Source: Alphaproteobacteria bacterium
GTDB taxonomy: Bacteria; Pseudomonadota; Alphaproteobacteria; UBA7879; VGCX01
NCBI GenBank assembly: GCA_016869935.1
Contig: VGCX01000003.1
Span: 1-40,302, forward strand
Length of the DNA: 40,302 bases
Reading direction: 5' to 3'
The notes under the pieces are model-generated. The model searched no databases. It was given only the letters and a program-made list of their open reading frames with translations, and was not told the DNA's origin. Shown here one piece after another: positions 9,567-20,295 of the stretch; the first letter of the stretch is position 1; each line of letters opens with the position of its first letter. Position numbers and translations under genes: made by a program.

Positions 9567-9877
9567 TACCAGCTAAACTCCATAGCAAGCTTTGCCAGAA
9601 GCCTCAAAAGAGCATGTTCAAGAAAATTAATAATCAAAAAGAGGACAAGAACTGAAAGATCAATACCTCCAATGACCGGGATGAAAGACCTCAAAGGCTT
9701 TAAAAAAGGGGCTAAAAATTTTGATAGACCTTCATAAATGCGATAGGGAAAAGATGAACGTGTCGCAACGTCAAAGTAAACAAGCCATGACATAATCACG
9801 TAAATGATCACTGACCACTTGAATATAGAGGTCAATAAAGAAAAGAAATTAAAAATTGGAACGATAATTAAATCCAT
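9566..9877 (-). CDS. yggT: YggT family membrane protein
   Basis: IMSWL...PFLKPLRSFIPVIGGIDLS; upstream of folD as in other alphaproteobacteria. Confidence 0.9.
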   Translation of the reverse strand: MDLIIVPIFNFFSLLTSIFKWSVIIYVIMSWLVYFDVATRSSFPYRIYEGLSKFLAPFLKPLRSFIPVIGGIDLSVLVLFLIINFLEHALLRLLAKLAMEFSW

Positions 9878-9887
9878 GGTTTTCTCC

Positions 9888-10697
9888 TTAAACTAATGCA
9901 ATATCTGGAGCATCAATCGCTTTCATACCCACCACATTATACCCGCAGTCTACGTGATGAACTTCTCCTGTAACACCCGTTGATAAGGGGCTTAAAAGAT
10001 AAAGTCCCGCGCCCCCAACTTCTTCTTGCGTAACGTTACGCTTGAGAGGAGAGTTATACTGGTTCCACTGAAGGATGTAGCGAAAATCTCCGATTCCTGA
10101 AGCAGCAAGAGTTTTAACTGGGCCTGCTGATAAGGCGTTAACACGGATATTTTTGCTCCCTAAATCAACAGCAAGATATTTAACGCTTGCCTCTAGTGCC
10201 GCCTTAGCAACACCCATCACATTATAATGGGGCATAACTTTTTCAGCGCCATAATAGGTGAGTGTTAGACAACTTCCGCCATTTGACATTAAGTGCTGTG
10301 CTCTTTGGCAAACAGCTGTAAAGGAATAGCAGGAAATATCCAAGCTTTTTAGAAAATTCGTACGGCTCGTATCACAATAAAGACCAGAAAGTTCTGTTTT
10401 ATCGGCAAACGCAATCGCATGGACGATAAAATCGATTGATCCCCATTCTTTCTTTAATGTATCAAATACCGCATCTAATTGATCATCCTGTGTAACATCA
10501 CAAGGAAGAATAAGCTTAGACCCAACGGATTCCGCTAAGGGACGAACACGCTTTTCAAGGATTTCCCCTTGATAGGTAAAAGCAAGCTCCGCTCCGCTTT
10601 TATGGGCAAGATGTGCAATAGCCCAGGCGAGAGACTTATCATTGGCAACGCCCATAATAAGACCGCGTTTGCCGACCATCAGAGAGTGATTTGACAT
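9888..10697 (-). CDS. fabI: Enoyl-ACP reductase
   Basis: GLIMGVANDKSLAW, YNVMGVAKAALE and SAGPVKTLAA. Confidence 0.97.
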   Translation of the reverse strand: MSNHSLMVGKRGLIMGVANDKSLAWAIAHLAHKSGAELAFTYQGEILEKRVRPLAESVGSKLILPCDVTQDDQLDAVFDTLKKEWGSIDFIVHAIAFADKTELSGLYCDTSRTNFLKSLDISCYSFTAVCQRAQHLMSNGGSCLTLTYYGAEKVMPHYNVMGVAKAALEASVKYLAVDLGSKNIRVNALSAGPVKTLAASGIGDFRYILQWNQYNSPLKRNVTQEEVGGAGLYLLSPLSTGVTGEVHHVDCGYNVVGMKAIDAPDIALV

Positions 10698-10829
10698 TGA
10701 TTCCTCTTTCTCTTTGCTCTTTTAGTAAAACGACATTATCCTATATTATGTTTAAAAATAAACTAAAATCTTATTGATCTGTAGAAAATGAATGTCTATT
10801 TTTAAAGAAAATCAATATCAGAAGTGTTC

Positions 10830-11702
10830 ATGATGTCAATCAGTTTTCAGGAATTAATCCTTAAATTACAAACTTTCTGGGCCAAGCAAGGTTGTGCAAT
10901 ATTGCAGCCCTATGATACCGAAGTAGGTGCTGGCACGTTGCATCCTGCAACAACCCTAAGATCGCTCGGTCCAAAACCTTGGCGTGCTGCTTATGTTCAG
11001 CCCTCTAGGCGCCCAGGAGATGGTCGCTATGGAGAAAATCCAAATCGTCTTGGTCACTACTATCAGTTTCAGGTTATTATTAAGCCCTCCCCCCCTAATT
11101 CACAGGAGCTTTATCTCGAAAGTCTTAAGTACATTGGTGTTGATATGCAAACGAATGATATTCGATTTGTAGAAGATGATTGGGAAAATCCAACCATTGG
11201 GGCCGCAGGTCTTGGGTGGGAAATATGGTGTAATGGCGCCGAAGTAAGTCAATATACCTATTTTCAACAGGTAGGAGGTATTGCCTGCAATCCCGTTTCC
11301 CTAGAACTCACTTACGGGTTAGAACGCCTTGCCATGGTGCTCCAAAAAGTTGAAAATGTTTATGAGCTAAATTGGAATGGGTTAGAAGGCGACAAAAAAA
11401 TTACCTATGGAGATGTCTTCTTAAAAAATGAGCAGCAGTTTTCTGCGTATCACTTTGAACATGCAACGACCGATATGCTCTTTCAACATTTTCGAGATGC
11501 AGAACAAGAATGCCTTAAGCTCTTAGGGGCACGGTTACCCCTGCCAGCTTATGATCACTGTATTAAAGCCAGTCATATCTTTAATATTTTAAATGCACGC
11601 GGTGTAATCAGTGTAACAGAGCGTGCGACTTATATTGCCAGAGTCAGAGACCTTGCAAAAGCGACCTGCTCTCTTTGGCTAGCAATGGAAAAGGAAGACT
11701 AA
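10830..11702 (+). CDS. glyQ: Glycine--tRNA ligase alpha subunit
   Basis: [23 protein letters not shown] and [12 protein letters not shown] at 10830 or 10833 preferred over the GTG at 10824. Confidence 0.97.
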   Translation: MMSISFQELILKLQTFWAKQGCAILQPYDTEVGAGTLHPATTLRSLGPKPWRAAYVQPSRRPGDGRYGENPNRLGHYYQFQVIIKPSPPNSQELYLESLKYIGVDMQTNDIRFVEDDWENPTIGAAGLGWEIWCNGAEVSQYTYFQQVGGIACNPVSLELTYGLERLAMVLQKVENVYELNWNGLEGDKKITYGDVFLKNEQQFSAYHFEHATTDMLFQHFRDAEQECLKLLGARLPLPAYDHCIKASHIFNILNARGVISVTERATYIARVRDLAKATCSLWLAMEKED

Positions 11703-11704
11703 AA

Positions 11705-13774
11705 ATGTCTTGGTATCTTTTAGAACTTTTAACTGAAGAAATTCCAGCACGGATGCAAGAAAAGGCCTCTGAGCAGCTCGGCGAGATGTTAAAGGAAAAA
11801 TTAAAGGCAGAAGGACTAGACTTTAAGTCTTTAGAAACCTTTATAACACCCCGTCGCTTAGGTGCTTTTCTTGAGGGTCTTCCAGCGGCACAAAACGATC
11901 GAGTAGAAGAAAAAAAAGGACCGAGCGTTACAGCATCTCCAGACGCAATCCAAGGGTTCTTGCGCTCAGCTAACGTATCTCTTGAAGAATGTGAAACCCG
12001 AGAAATCCCCGGAAAGGGATATTTCTATTTCGTTCAAAAAACAACAAAAGGCCAATCCTTAAAGTCTCTTTTATCAAAAATAGTTTCTGAGATTATTCAA
12101 GAATTTCAATGGCCTAAATCTATGCGGTGGGGTTCTTATACGTCTTCGTGGGTTCGCCCTCTCCGGTCAGTTATCTCTCTTTTAAATAATGAAATAGTCC
12201 CTCTGTCTTTGGAAGATCCCCATATCACCGTAGGACGATCCACACACGGTCATCGATTTTTAGCCTCAAAGGCTTTGGAAGTTCATAGTTTTGATGACTA
12301 CAAACGAGGCCTTCACGAATTCTATGTTATGTATGATCCAAAAGAACGCTTTTCTTTTATTAAAATCCAGATGGAGAAAATATGCGCAGAGAAAAAACTT
12401 CTTGTTAAAGAAGATGATGCCCTTTTAAAAGAGGTTGTTGGATTAACTGAATGGCCCATTGTGGCAACAGGTCGCATTGACAAGCAATTTATGACCTTGC
12501 CCCCAGAAGTTCTAGAAACAACGATGAAAGTTCATCAACGGTATTTTTCTGTTTTAAATCACGATAGAACAACAGCCCCTTATTTTTTAGTGGTTGCAAA
12601 TACCGAGACCATTGATCATCAAACGCAAATTGTTGAAGGAAACGAACGTGTTTTAAGAGCGCGGCTCTCCGATGCAGCCTTCTTTTGGAATCATGATCAA
12701 AAAATACCTCTCATCGAACGATTGGCATCATTAAAAGATTTAGTCTTTCATGAAAAAATAGGGTCTGTTGCTGAAAAAGCTCAACGTATTAAACTACTGT
12801 CTTCTTTTTGCTTTTTTGGAGACCGAAGAGATTTTTCTTTAGTAGAAACGGCTGCAGAACTTTCCAAAGCAGACCTTGCAACCGGCATGGTGGGAGAATT
12901 TCCAGAACTCCAAGGTATTATGGGAGCCTATTATGCTAAAATAGAAGGAAAACCTGAAGCTGTTTCTCTTGCTATCAGAGAACATTATTCGCCTCTTGGT
13001 CCAAATGATAAGGTACCAATAAGCCCTATAAGCGTTGGCGTAGCTTTAGCTGATAAAATTGATACATTGGTAAGTTTTTGGGCGGCTGGCATCCAACCTA
13101 CGGGATCTAAAGATCCTTACGCACTAAGACGAAGCGCTTTGGGGGTTATCCGTCTTATTTTGGAAAATGAACTGACACTTCCTTTGAGGGATGTTTTTTC
13201 TAAGGCATATGATTTCTTGCCTATTGGTATGAAAAAAGAACCCAAAGAGACAGTTTTAAAGGATTTAATAGAGTTCTTTAAGGGAAGACTAAAGGTTTTC
13301 TTAAAAAACAAAGAGTTTGATAATTCAATAATTGAATCAGTGCTTCCGCCTCATTGGGATGGGGATATTTATAAGTCGTATCAAATTTTAGAAGCGCTTG
13401 ATCGTTTCTTACAAACATCTGGGGGACAAGATTTACTCGTTGCCTACAAAAGAGCCGCTAATATTGTTGATAGCGCAGAAATTTTAGATATAGTTCTTGA
13501 TGAAACGCTATTGGATCAAGAAGAAGAAAAAGATCTTTATCAAGTATTTTTGACGGTTCAAAAAAACGTTGAAACCGTGATCCGTCTTGCTGCAGATTAC
13601 CAGCGTGTGATGGAGAGATTTTCAGATCTCAGGATTCCGTTAGATGCTTTTTTTGATCGTGTAACTGTTCAAAGTGATGATGAAAAAGTTCGTGAAAATC
13701 GTTTGGCTCTTCTTAAAAGTATAAGAATTCTTTTAGAAAGCGTTGCTAACTTTGGGACAATTTCTCTTCCATAG
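11705..13774 (+). CDS. glyS: Glycine--tRNA ligase beta subunit
   Basis: LLELLTEEIPA, TPRRL, WPKSMRWG, EFPELQG and GSKDPYALRR. ATG at 11705, just after the glyQ stop. Confidence 0.97.
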   Translation: MSWYLLELLTEEIPARMQEKASEQLGEMLKEKLKAEGLDFKSLETFITPRRLGAFLEGLPAAQNDRVEEKKGPSVTASPDAIQGFLRSANVSLEECETREIPGKGYFYFVQKTTKGQSLKSLLSKIVSEIIQEFQWPKSMRWGSYTSSWVRPLRSVISLLNNEIVPLSLEDPHITVGRSTHGHRFLASKALEVHSFDDYKRGLHEFYVMYDPKERFSFIKIQMEKICAEKKLLVKEDDALLKEVVGLTEWPIVATGRIDKQFMTLPPEVLETTMKVHQRYFSVLNHDRTTAPYFLVVANTETIDHQTQIVEGNERVLRARLSDAAFFWNHDQKIPLIERLASLKDLVFHEKIGSVAEKAQRIKLLSSFCFFGDRRDFSLVETAAELSKADLATGMVGEFPELQGIMGAYYAKIEGKPEAVSLAIREHYSPLGPNDKVPISPISVGVALADKIDTLVSFWAAGIQPTGSKDPYALRRSALGVIRLILENELTLPLRDVFSKAYDFLPIGMKKEPKETVLKDLIEFFKGRLKVFLKNKEFDNSIIESVLPPHWDGDIYKSYQILEALDRFLQTSGGQDLLVAYKRAANIVDSAEILDIVLDETLLDQEEEKDLYQVFLTVQKNVETVIRLAADYQRVMERFSDLRIPLDAFFDRVTVQSDDEKVRENRLALLKSIRILLESVANFGTISLP

Positions 13775-14528
13775 GCTCTGCAGGCATTCCTTTTTCTAAA
13801 AGATCTGAAACCATTGAATCCATGCGTGGGAGCTTTACAACTTGTGACCAGTATTGGAGCGTTAGGCTGATGTGTTCGCAATACTCTTTAAAGTTCAGAG
13901 GCTTTCTAATGAATCCAGCCGCATAGTGTTGATAGCATTTAATCATTTCTTCACGATCTACAGAATTTGTTAGAACAATAACGGGAATATCACATAAGCG
14001 CCGATCCCTTTTAATTTCTTTTAAAAGGATCTGCCCCTCCTTACGAGGCGTATTTAATTCTAAGATAATAATTTCAGGTCTTGGAAAGGTTGGTGGAGTC
14101 CCTGGATCTTTTAAGAATTCCAAAACCTTGTCCCCACTATGAAAAATATGAAAATTAGAGGGAATTCCAGATTTTTCAATAGCTTTTCTTGTAATAAGGG
14201 CATCTTCAGGATTGTGCTCCAGAAGCAAAATATCAATTGGTTTTTGTCTTTTCTCCGGCAAATTCCCTTTAATGCTTTTTACAAAGCTTTTATGTGTTTC
14301 TTCAAACCCCTCAAAAAACTGATCACTTTTTATACCCATCACAAGGGAAACTTGATAAAGAACCCCAACAGATATACGTGTTTTCCCTTGTTCGTATTTC
14401 TGTAATTGCTGACAAGATAAAAAAATCTTCTCTGCAAGATCCCCTAGAGACCACCCTAGTTTTTTTCGATACCGACGAATTCGAGCCCCAACAAAAGGAT
14501 CTAGTTTAGATATATAAGATTTTTCCAT
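13746..14528 (-). CDS. XRE-family HTH fused to an atypical Rcp1-like receiver domain
   Basis: N-terminal VGARIRRYR...QQLQKYEQG (XRE HTH). C-terminal ILLLEHNPED...RPEIIILELNTP...IPVIVLTNS...FIRKP receiver fold. Confidence 0.85.
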   Translation of the reverse strand: MEKSYISKLDPFVGARIRRYRKKLGWSLGDLAEKIFLSCQQLQKYEQGKTRISVGVLYQVSLVMGIKSDQFFEGFEETHKSFVKSIKGNLPEKRQKPIDILLLEHNPEDALITRKAIEKSGIPSNFHIFHSGDKVLEFLKDPGTPPTFPRPEIIILELNTPRKEGQILLKEIKRDRRLCDIPVIVLTNSVDREEMIKCYQHYAAGFIRKPLNFKEYCEHISLTLQYWSQVVKLPRMDSMVSDLLEKGMPAEPMEEKLSQS

Positions 14529-14701
14529 AAGCTATACCTATTTTTATTATTTTTTCTTATTAAGCATTAGTCCATATAAGATAATTAAAACAAGTTGAAA
14601 TATTGTTAAAAATTCAACTAAATATATTCAAACCTTCCCGGGGAGGAGGTATAATCAGGCGGATTTCTGGGATTTTTTGATAAGTTTTTTTAAAAGAAAA
14701 A

Positions 14702-14747
14702 TACAAAAAAAGACAGAAAAAATCTTTTAATTCTTGTCTTTTTTGTA
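14702..14747. terminator. AT-rich inverted repeat just downstream of the dsbA-like gene (possible terminator)
   Basis: TACAAAAAAAGACA...TGTCTTTTTTGTA near-perfect arms. Confidence 0.4.
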
Positions 14748-14764
14748 AAAGATTAAGGGTATCT

Positions 14765-15520
14765 TTAAGAAGGGTTATGGGGGGCTTCACTATGCTGGGG
14801 CTCCTTATGCTGCGCAGCCCCTGCAAGCTTTTCGCGCTCTTTTTGAATCGCTAAACGAAATTCATCGATACCAACGACACCTGGAAGAAGCGTTGACTCA
14901 CCGATAATAAAGACCGGTGTCCCTTCAACACCAACCGATTCAGCAATATGATGATTTCTTTGAAGAACGGCCTCAAGCGATGGATCTTTCATGTCTTTTT
15001 CAAGCTCAGACATATTAAGGCCCACTGTTTTGGCGATACCTAGAACAACATTTTTTGTGAACTCACGATTATTCGCCATAAGTTCTTGGTGCATAGGAAT
15101 ATATTTTCCTTGTTTATGCGCTGCAAGAGCAGCACGTGCAACGAACGTATCAGAAAAAATAGGAAATTCTTTGTAAATCACTTTAAGATTTGGATCTGTT
15201 TTTACAAGTTCATCAACGATTGGATCGGCTTTGCGACAGTATCCGCAAGCATAGTCAAAGAAGTAAATGATGCTAAGATCGCCTTCTGGATTTCCAGCGA
15301 TAGGACTATCTTTATCTTCAGAGAGCTCTTTTGTTTTCTGTTTAAGCACATCAGCCTGCTGTTTCTTTTGTTCAGCTATATCTTTTTCACGAAGTGTTTG
15401 CATCCCTTCTAAGGTGAGTTTGGCTAATTCTTCTGGGTTTTTTTGAAAGTGTTTCCACGTTGAATATCCCCCTAAACCAAGGCTTAGGATCACTAAAAAC
15501 ATCAAGACTTTTATTTGCAT
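14765..15520 (-). CDS. DsbA/Com1-like thioredoxin-fold protein with N-terminal membrane anchor
   Basis: GNPEGD, FFDYACGYC (CxxC), KEFPI and GTP cis-Pro loop. Start moved to the ATG at 15520 (MQIKVLMF) to avoid overlap with holA. Confidence 0.9.
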   Translation of the reverse strand: MQIKVLMFLVILSLGLGGYSTWKHFQKNPEELAKLTLEGMQTLREKDIAEQKKQQADVLKQKTKELSEDKDSPIAGNPEGDLSIIYFFDYACGYCRKADPIVDELVKTDPNLKVIYKEFPIFSDTFVARAALAAHKQGKYIPMHQELMANNREFTKNVVLGIAKTVGLNMSELEKDMKDPSLEAVLQRNHHIAESVGVEGTPVFIIGESTLLPGVVGIDEFRLAIQKEREKLAGAAQHKEPQHSEAPHNPS

Positions 15521-15590
15521 ATTATTTCTTCTTTGATAACTTCTCATAAGATAAATATACTTGAAGTACATTGAAATCTCAAGATTTTTT

Positions 15591-16607
15591 TTAATGCGTC
15601 CTGCTTTTACTAAAATCCAAAAGAACTTTTTCAAAAACATTATTTGCCAAATCTCCGGACGTCTTACAAAAAGTTTCCACTTGAATCAAAGAATCTAAAA
15701 GGCTCTCAAGAGCCTTAACAGGCCATTTTTCTAAAAATCGTTTTACCTTGTCTTTTTGGTGACTAAAAATAGGAGGAGTGACCATCATTAAGGCTTGATC
15801 GATTGCTTTGCCTTCTGTTTGAGCACATTTTAAGGCATAAAGACGACGGGTGTTAAAAATAAGTGTCCTTAAAACACCAATCGAAGATCCTCCTTCTGCA
15901 AGCTGTACTTGAAAAAAATGGAGGGTTTTTTTTGGGTTTTGGTCAAAAAAAGCATCTATCAAATCGTCATACCCCAAAACCTCATTGACTGAAAGACACG
16001 ATTCGATATCTTGTTCCAAGATATCACTTTTGCTCAACGTATAGGTTAAAAGTTTTTCGATTTCACCTTCTAACACCAAAGGGCTTCGAACAAAAATTTC
16101 ACTCAGTTTTGTTAAAAGATTAGGGGTAATTGTTTTATTTTCACGACGAAAAATATCCCCTAATTTTTGCTTAATATCCTCTAATGTTGGCGCAAAACAA
16201 CCCATCGATAAAAGAGAACGTTCTTCTTCATAATACTGACGCATTTTTGAGGAGGGTTTTAGATATTTATCGGCTGTAACAATAAAAAAAGAGCAGTGAT
16301 CATCTTCTAAAAACTCCTTAATAAAAGGAAGTGTTTTTTCTGATGCCCTCTGAAGCCAAATTGTTTTTTTTTCTTCTTCAAAGAGCGTTCTCTCTTTTAA
16401 TAAATCCGATAAAAAAACTTCTTTTGATAGAACTTTTTCAGCATCTATGCTTAAAGTCTCTGAGAGTTTTGTTTTTAAAGCCCCTTGAAGAAAGGTATGA
16501 ACTTTTTCAATGACGAATAAATCTTCTTCTCCATAAAAAAGAATAGATTTTGCATCCTTAATCCCAGAATTTAAAAGCGTTTTAAATTGGTAAGTTGCTA
16601 ATTTCAT
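15591..16607 (-). CDS. holA: DNA polymerase III delta subunit
   Basis: ILFYGEE, SLF-like TLFEE, EIEKL and PPIF motifs; conserved leuS-lptE-holA order. Confidence 0.85.
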   Translation of the reverse strand: MKLATYQFKTLLNSGIKDAKSILFYGEEDLFVIEKVHTFLQGALKTKLSETLSIDAEKVLSKEVFLSDLLKERTLFEEEKKTIWLQRASEKTLPFIKEFLEDDHCSFFIVTADKYLKPSSKMRQYYEEERSLLSMGCFAPTLEDIKQKLGDIFRRENKTITPNLLTKLSEIFVRSPLVLEGEIEKLLTYTLSKSDILEQDIESCLSVNEVLGYDDLIDAFFDQNPKKTLHFFQVQLAEGGSSIGVLRTLIFNTRRLYALKCAQTEGKAIDQALMMVTPPIFSHQKDKVKRFLEKWPVKALESLLDSLIQVETFCKTSGDLANNVFEKVLLDFSKSRTH

Positions 16608-17110
16608 TCAACCGTTGGATTGCTTAAGTAACTTGATATACTAAGTTTTATAAGATTTGCAACAAGCTCAACTGTTCCCTCTTGCGCATTATTTTTGGAA
16701 ACAATATTTGAATAATAAGAGGTGGTTAAAATATTATAGTCAGAGCTTTCAGTTTCTGATGCTTGATGAAGGACTTTTCCTGTTTTTGCGTCTTTCAAAG
16801 TATAATGCACAGATAAAACAACTTCAGTCCGTGTTGTGGTTGCGTCTTTTGCAACCCCTAAATCCCGGTCAGAAAAACGGAGAGAAATATCTAAAATATA
16901 GTGAGGATTTCTTGGGTTTCCTAAAGGCGTTAGCTTTTGCACCAAAGCATTTCGCATCACCTGGCCCAGCCGTCCCTCAATTTGAGAAACCTTGATAGAG
17001 GCAAGGCGCTCAACAACATCTCCTTCATAAGAACTATAAAGAGGTTTGAAGGCACAACTACTCATGAAGAGCAAACTAAGTCCCAAAAAACTTTTTTTAA
17101 ACCACAACAT
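16604..17110 (-). CDS. lptE: LPS assembly lipoprotein LptE
   Basis: Lipobox MSSC followed by AFKPLY; lies between leuS and holA. Start taken at the ATG at 17110. Confidence 0.85.
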   Translation of the reverse strand: MLWFKKSFLGLSLLFMSSCAFKPLYSSYEGDVVERLASIKVSQIEGRLGQVMRNALVQKLTPLGNPRNPHYILDISLRFSDRDLGVAKDATTTRTEVVLSVHYTLKDAKTGKVLHQASETESSDYNILTTSYYSNIVSKNNAQEGTVELVANLIKLSISSYLSNPTVE

Positions 17111-19649
17111 TAACGATCCTATTTTTAACAATGATAATCTTTTTAGGGGAACGTCCTTCAAGGTGTCGCTGAACCCCCTCTAAAGCACAGGCCTGTTTTT
17201 CAATTTCAGCTTCTGAGGCTTCTTTAGAAAGCGTAATTTCACCGCGTAATTTTCCATTCACTTGAATTGCAAGCGTCATATGATCGTCTTCTATGAGGGA
17301 AGGATTTGCTCTAGGCCATCCAAATTCAGAGATTGTTTTTACCTCTTTGCCATTCAATGTGCACCAAGCCTCTTCAGCAAAGTGGGGCGCAATTGGTGCC
17401 AAAAGCTGACAGAGTATTTTGGCAGAAAACCAGACAACGTCCTTTTCAAAATCATTCTTGGGTTCCAAAGCAAAGAGCGCATTTGATAATTCCCGAAGAC
17501 GTGCTATTGCCTTATTAAAGTGATAGTGTTCAAAATCCTCTGTTACCCATCTGATAGTTTTATGGGTAAGACGGTAAGCATTTTGAAATATTGGTGTCAT
17601 ATCATCTAAGACAAGAACCTTTTCTTCTCTCTGTCCAGCTTCCTTTACAAACTGCCACAAGCGATTGAGATAACGCCATACGCCTTGAAGGCCCGCATCA
17701 GACCAGTCTAAATCTTTCTCTGGGGGAGAATCTGACATAACAAAAAGTCGCGCTACGTCTGCCCCATATTCTTGAATAATATGTTCTGGATCAACAACAT
17801 TTTTCTTGGATTTGCTCATTTTCTCAGAGGGGCCGACAACGATTTCTTCTTGCGTTTTTAGGTGAAAAGCTTTTGACCCTTTCTTGTGAATATCATCAGG
17901 GGCAACCCATTTACCTTCTTTGGTTTTATAGGTTTCATGGCAAACCATCCCTTGCGTCATGAGTGCTTTAAAGGGTTCACGAACTGTTGTGTATCCACAG
18001 TGGCGAAGTGCCCGACTAAAAAACCGCGCATAAAGTAAGTGCAGGACTGCGTGTTCAACGCCCCCTATATATTGATCAACAGGGCACCAGTCGTCCACTA
18101 CACTCTTTTCAAAAGCGCTCAAAGCTTTTGGACTACAATAGCGAAAGAAATACCAAGACGATTCAAAAAACGTATCTAAAGTATCTGTTTCTCGTCGCGC
18201 TGGCTTTTGACATTTGGGGCATATTGTTTTGGACCATGTTGGGTGATGATCCAAGGGATTTCCTGGTTTGTCAAAAGACACATCTTCTGGAAGTCTGATG
18301 GGAAGATCAGATTCTGGAACTGGAACAATCCCACAATCATTGCAGTAAACAATGGGAATAGGACAACCCCAATACCGCTGACGAGAAACACCCCAATCGC
18401 GAAGACGATAGGTTGTAATGCCTTTGCCAAGATTTAAAGATTCAATTCGTTCAATTGCTTTTTTCTTTGCCTCTTCAACCAGAAGATCATTCAAAAAATC
18501 AGAATGAATCATCGTTCCATCGCCTGTAAACGCCTCTTGGGTCAGGTTCGTTTCTTCGGCAACTAGGGGCTGAACCACTTGGCGAATTGGAAGATTATAT
18601 TTTTGAGCAAACTCAAAATCCCGTTGGTCATGAGCAGGGCACCCAAAAACAGCCCCTGTGCCATAATCGGCAACCACATAATTGGCAATATAAACGGGAA
18701 TTTCACGCGTTGGCTCGAACGGTGAGACCACCCGAATGCCCGTGTCGATCCCTTTCTTTTCAACTGTTTCTAAAGCTTTTTCACTTGTTCCTAATCGGGA
18801 ACATTCTTCAATAAATTCTCGAACATCTTTTCTACCCTTTAACCCTTGTGCTACGGGATGTTCGGCAGCAATCACCAAAAAACTTGCCCCAAAAAGGGTG
18901 TGAGGACATGTCGTAAAAACAGAGATAGAAAGAGTGTTGTCTTTTGTTTTAAACTCAACCTCTGCTCCATAAGATTTTCCAATCCAATTACGTTGCATGG
19001 TTCTAACCTTTTCAGGCCAACCAACAAGCTCATCGATACCCGACAAAAGATCTTCTGCAAAATCGGTAATACGTAAAAACCACTGTGACAGTTTTTTCTT
19101 TTTAACAAGGGCTCCAGAACGCCATCCACGGCCATCCACCACCTGTTCATTGGCAAGAACGGTGTGCTCAACGGGATCCCAATTCACGGTAGATTCTTTT
19201 CGATAGGCAAGTCCTACCTTAAGAAAGTCCAAAAACATTTTTTGTTCATGAACATAGTATTCTGGATCACAGGTTGCAATCTCCCGCTTCCAATCGTAGC
19301 TAAATCCCAGTGATTTTAATTGGGCTTTCATTGCCTTAATATTTTCATAAGTCCAATGCGCTGGATGGGATTTTCGCTCAATTGCTGCATTTTCTGCAGG
19401 AAGGCCAAAAGCATCCCACCCTATTGGGTGCAAAACGTTATATCCTGAGGTTTTTTTGTAACGCGCGAGCACGTCCCCAATCGTATAATTACGAACATGG
19501 CCCATATGAAGCCGACCCGATGGATAGGGGAGCATTTCAAGAACGTAGTACTTATTATCCTGATGATCGTGCGCAGCAAAAAGGCCGTTTTCGTCCCAAA
19601 ACGATTGCCATTTTTTTTCAACTGTCCGAAAATTATATTTCTCTGACAT
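17097..19649 (-). CDS. leuS: Leucine--tRNA ligase
   Basis: [23 protein letters not shown] and QVNGKLR. Confidence 0.98.
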   Translation of the reverse strand: MSEKYNFRTVEKKWQSFWDENGLFAAHDHQDNKYYVLEMLPYPSGRLHMGHVRNYTIGDVLARYKKTSGYNVLHPIGWDAFGLPAENAAIERKSHPAHWTYENIKAMKAQLKSLGFSYDWKREIATCDPEYYVHEQKMFLDFLKVGLAYRKESTVNWDPVEHTVLANEQVVDGRGWRSGALVKKKKLSQWFLRITDFAEDLLSGIDELVGWPEKVRTMQRNWIGKSYGAEVEFKTKDNTLSISVFTTCPHTLFGASFLVIAAEHPVAQGLKGRKDVREFIEECSRLGTSEKALETVEKKGIDTGIRVVSPFEPTREIPVYIANYVVADYGTGAVFGCPAHDQRDFEFAQKYNLPIRQVVQPLVAEETNLTQEAFTGDGTMIHSDFLNDLLVEEAKKKAIERIESLNLGKGITTYRLRDWGVSRQRYWGCPIPIVYCNDCGIVPVPESDLPIRLPEDVSFDKPGNPLDHHPTWSKTICPKCQKPARRETDTLDTFFESSWYFFRYCSPKALSAFEKSVVDDWCPVDQYIGGVEHAVLHLLYARFFSRALRHCGYTTVREPFKALMTQGMVCHETYKTKEGKWVAPDDIHKKGSKAFHLKTQEEIVVGPSEKMSKSKKNVVDPEHIIQEYGADVARLFVMSDSPPEKDLDWSDAGLQGVWRYLNRLWQFVKEAGQREEKVLVLDDMTPIFQNAYRLTHKTIRWVTEDFEHYHFNKAIARLRELSNALFALEPKNDFEKDVVWFSAKILCQLLAPIAPHFAEEAWCTLNGKEVKTISEFGWPRANPSLIEDDHMTLAIQVNGKLRGEITLSKEASEAEIEKQACALEGVQRHLEGRSPKKIIIVKNRIVNVVV

Positions 19650-19651
19650 TA

Positions 19652-20182
19652 TTACTTTTCTTCTTGTATGCGAATATCACGCGCACGCTTTAAAATTGTT
19701 TCCTCGATTTGATCAATCACATGATGGGAAACAGGCGCATCAACCCAATCTTTATCTTTAAGCTCCTGACGGAAAACAGAAACCCTAATCGCATCAGAAC
19801 GCAACTGACGACCAATAATAATAACTTCCATTTTCAATCGTTCATTAGGGGACGCGTCTGTAATATGCCAGTCTGTGAGGATAACCCCCCCAAAAGGATC
19901 CGTTTTAACTTTTGGAAGAACCGCTAGAACATCGAGTGTCGCCCGCCATAAATAACTATTGACACCAATATTTGATTCCTCCGCTTTTTTGGATCCAATC
20001 GATAAAAGAGGTTCCCCAAAAATATATCCCTTCGTTTTTTCTTGGGTGCGTTCTAATTTTGTCTTGGGGGTTCGGCGGTCGCGGGATGCAGCATCCTCAA
20101 GGTCTTTATCTTGACGATTACACTGAGCAAGAAAGCCCGTTAACATAAGTGAAATAAATAAGAAACTTTTCCGTGAGCTCAT
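19652..20182 (-). CDS. DUF3576-family lipoprotein
   Basis: Signal peptide with Cys, [12 protein letters not shown] and [11 protein letters not shown]; upstream of leuS as in alphaproteobacteria. Confidence 0.85.
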   Translation of the reverse strand: MSSRKSFLFISLMLTGFLAQCNRQDKDLEDAASRDRRTPKTKLERTQEKTKGYIFGEPLLSIGSKKAEESNIGVNSYLWRATLDVLAVLPKVKTDPFGGVILTDWHITDASPNERLKMEVIIIGRQLRSDAIRVSVFRQELKDKDWVDAPVSHHVIDQIEETILKRARDIRIQEEK

Positions 20183-20251
20183 AAGAAACCTTTTTCAATA
20201 GTACGTTTGACGACAGGCCTTACTATACAGATTTTTAAAAAAGCTTCAAAT

Positions 20252-20276
20252 AAAAAAGGGAGCTTTCGCTCCCTTT
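20252..20276 (-). terminator. Intrinsic terminator of the porin gene
   Basis: Minus strand AAAGGGAGC-GAAA-GCTCCCTTTTTT: perfect stem, GNRA loop and U tail. Confidence 0.9.
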
Positions 20277-20295
20277 ATAATGGTTACTCTAAAGA

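Noticed and set aside
14614-14826. 70-aa ORF spanning the dsbA-like 3' end and the intergenic region
   Set aside because: It starts inside the dsbA-like gene in another frame, crosses the hairpin, and reads like translated AT-rich non-coding DNA.
15521-15640. 40-aa N-terminal extension of the DsbA-like ORF
   Set aside because: It overlaps holA and would bury the signal anchor; the ATG at 15520 is more plausible.
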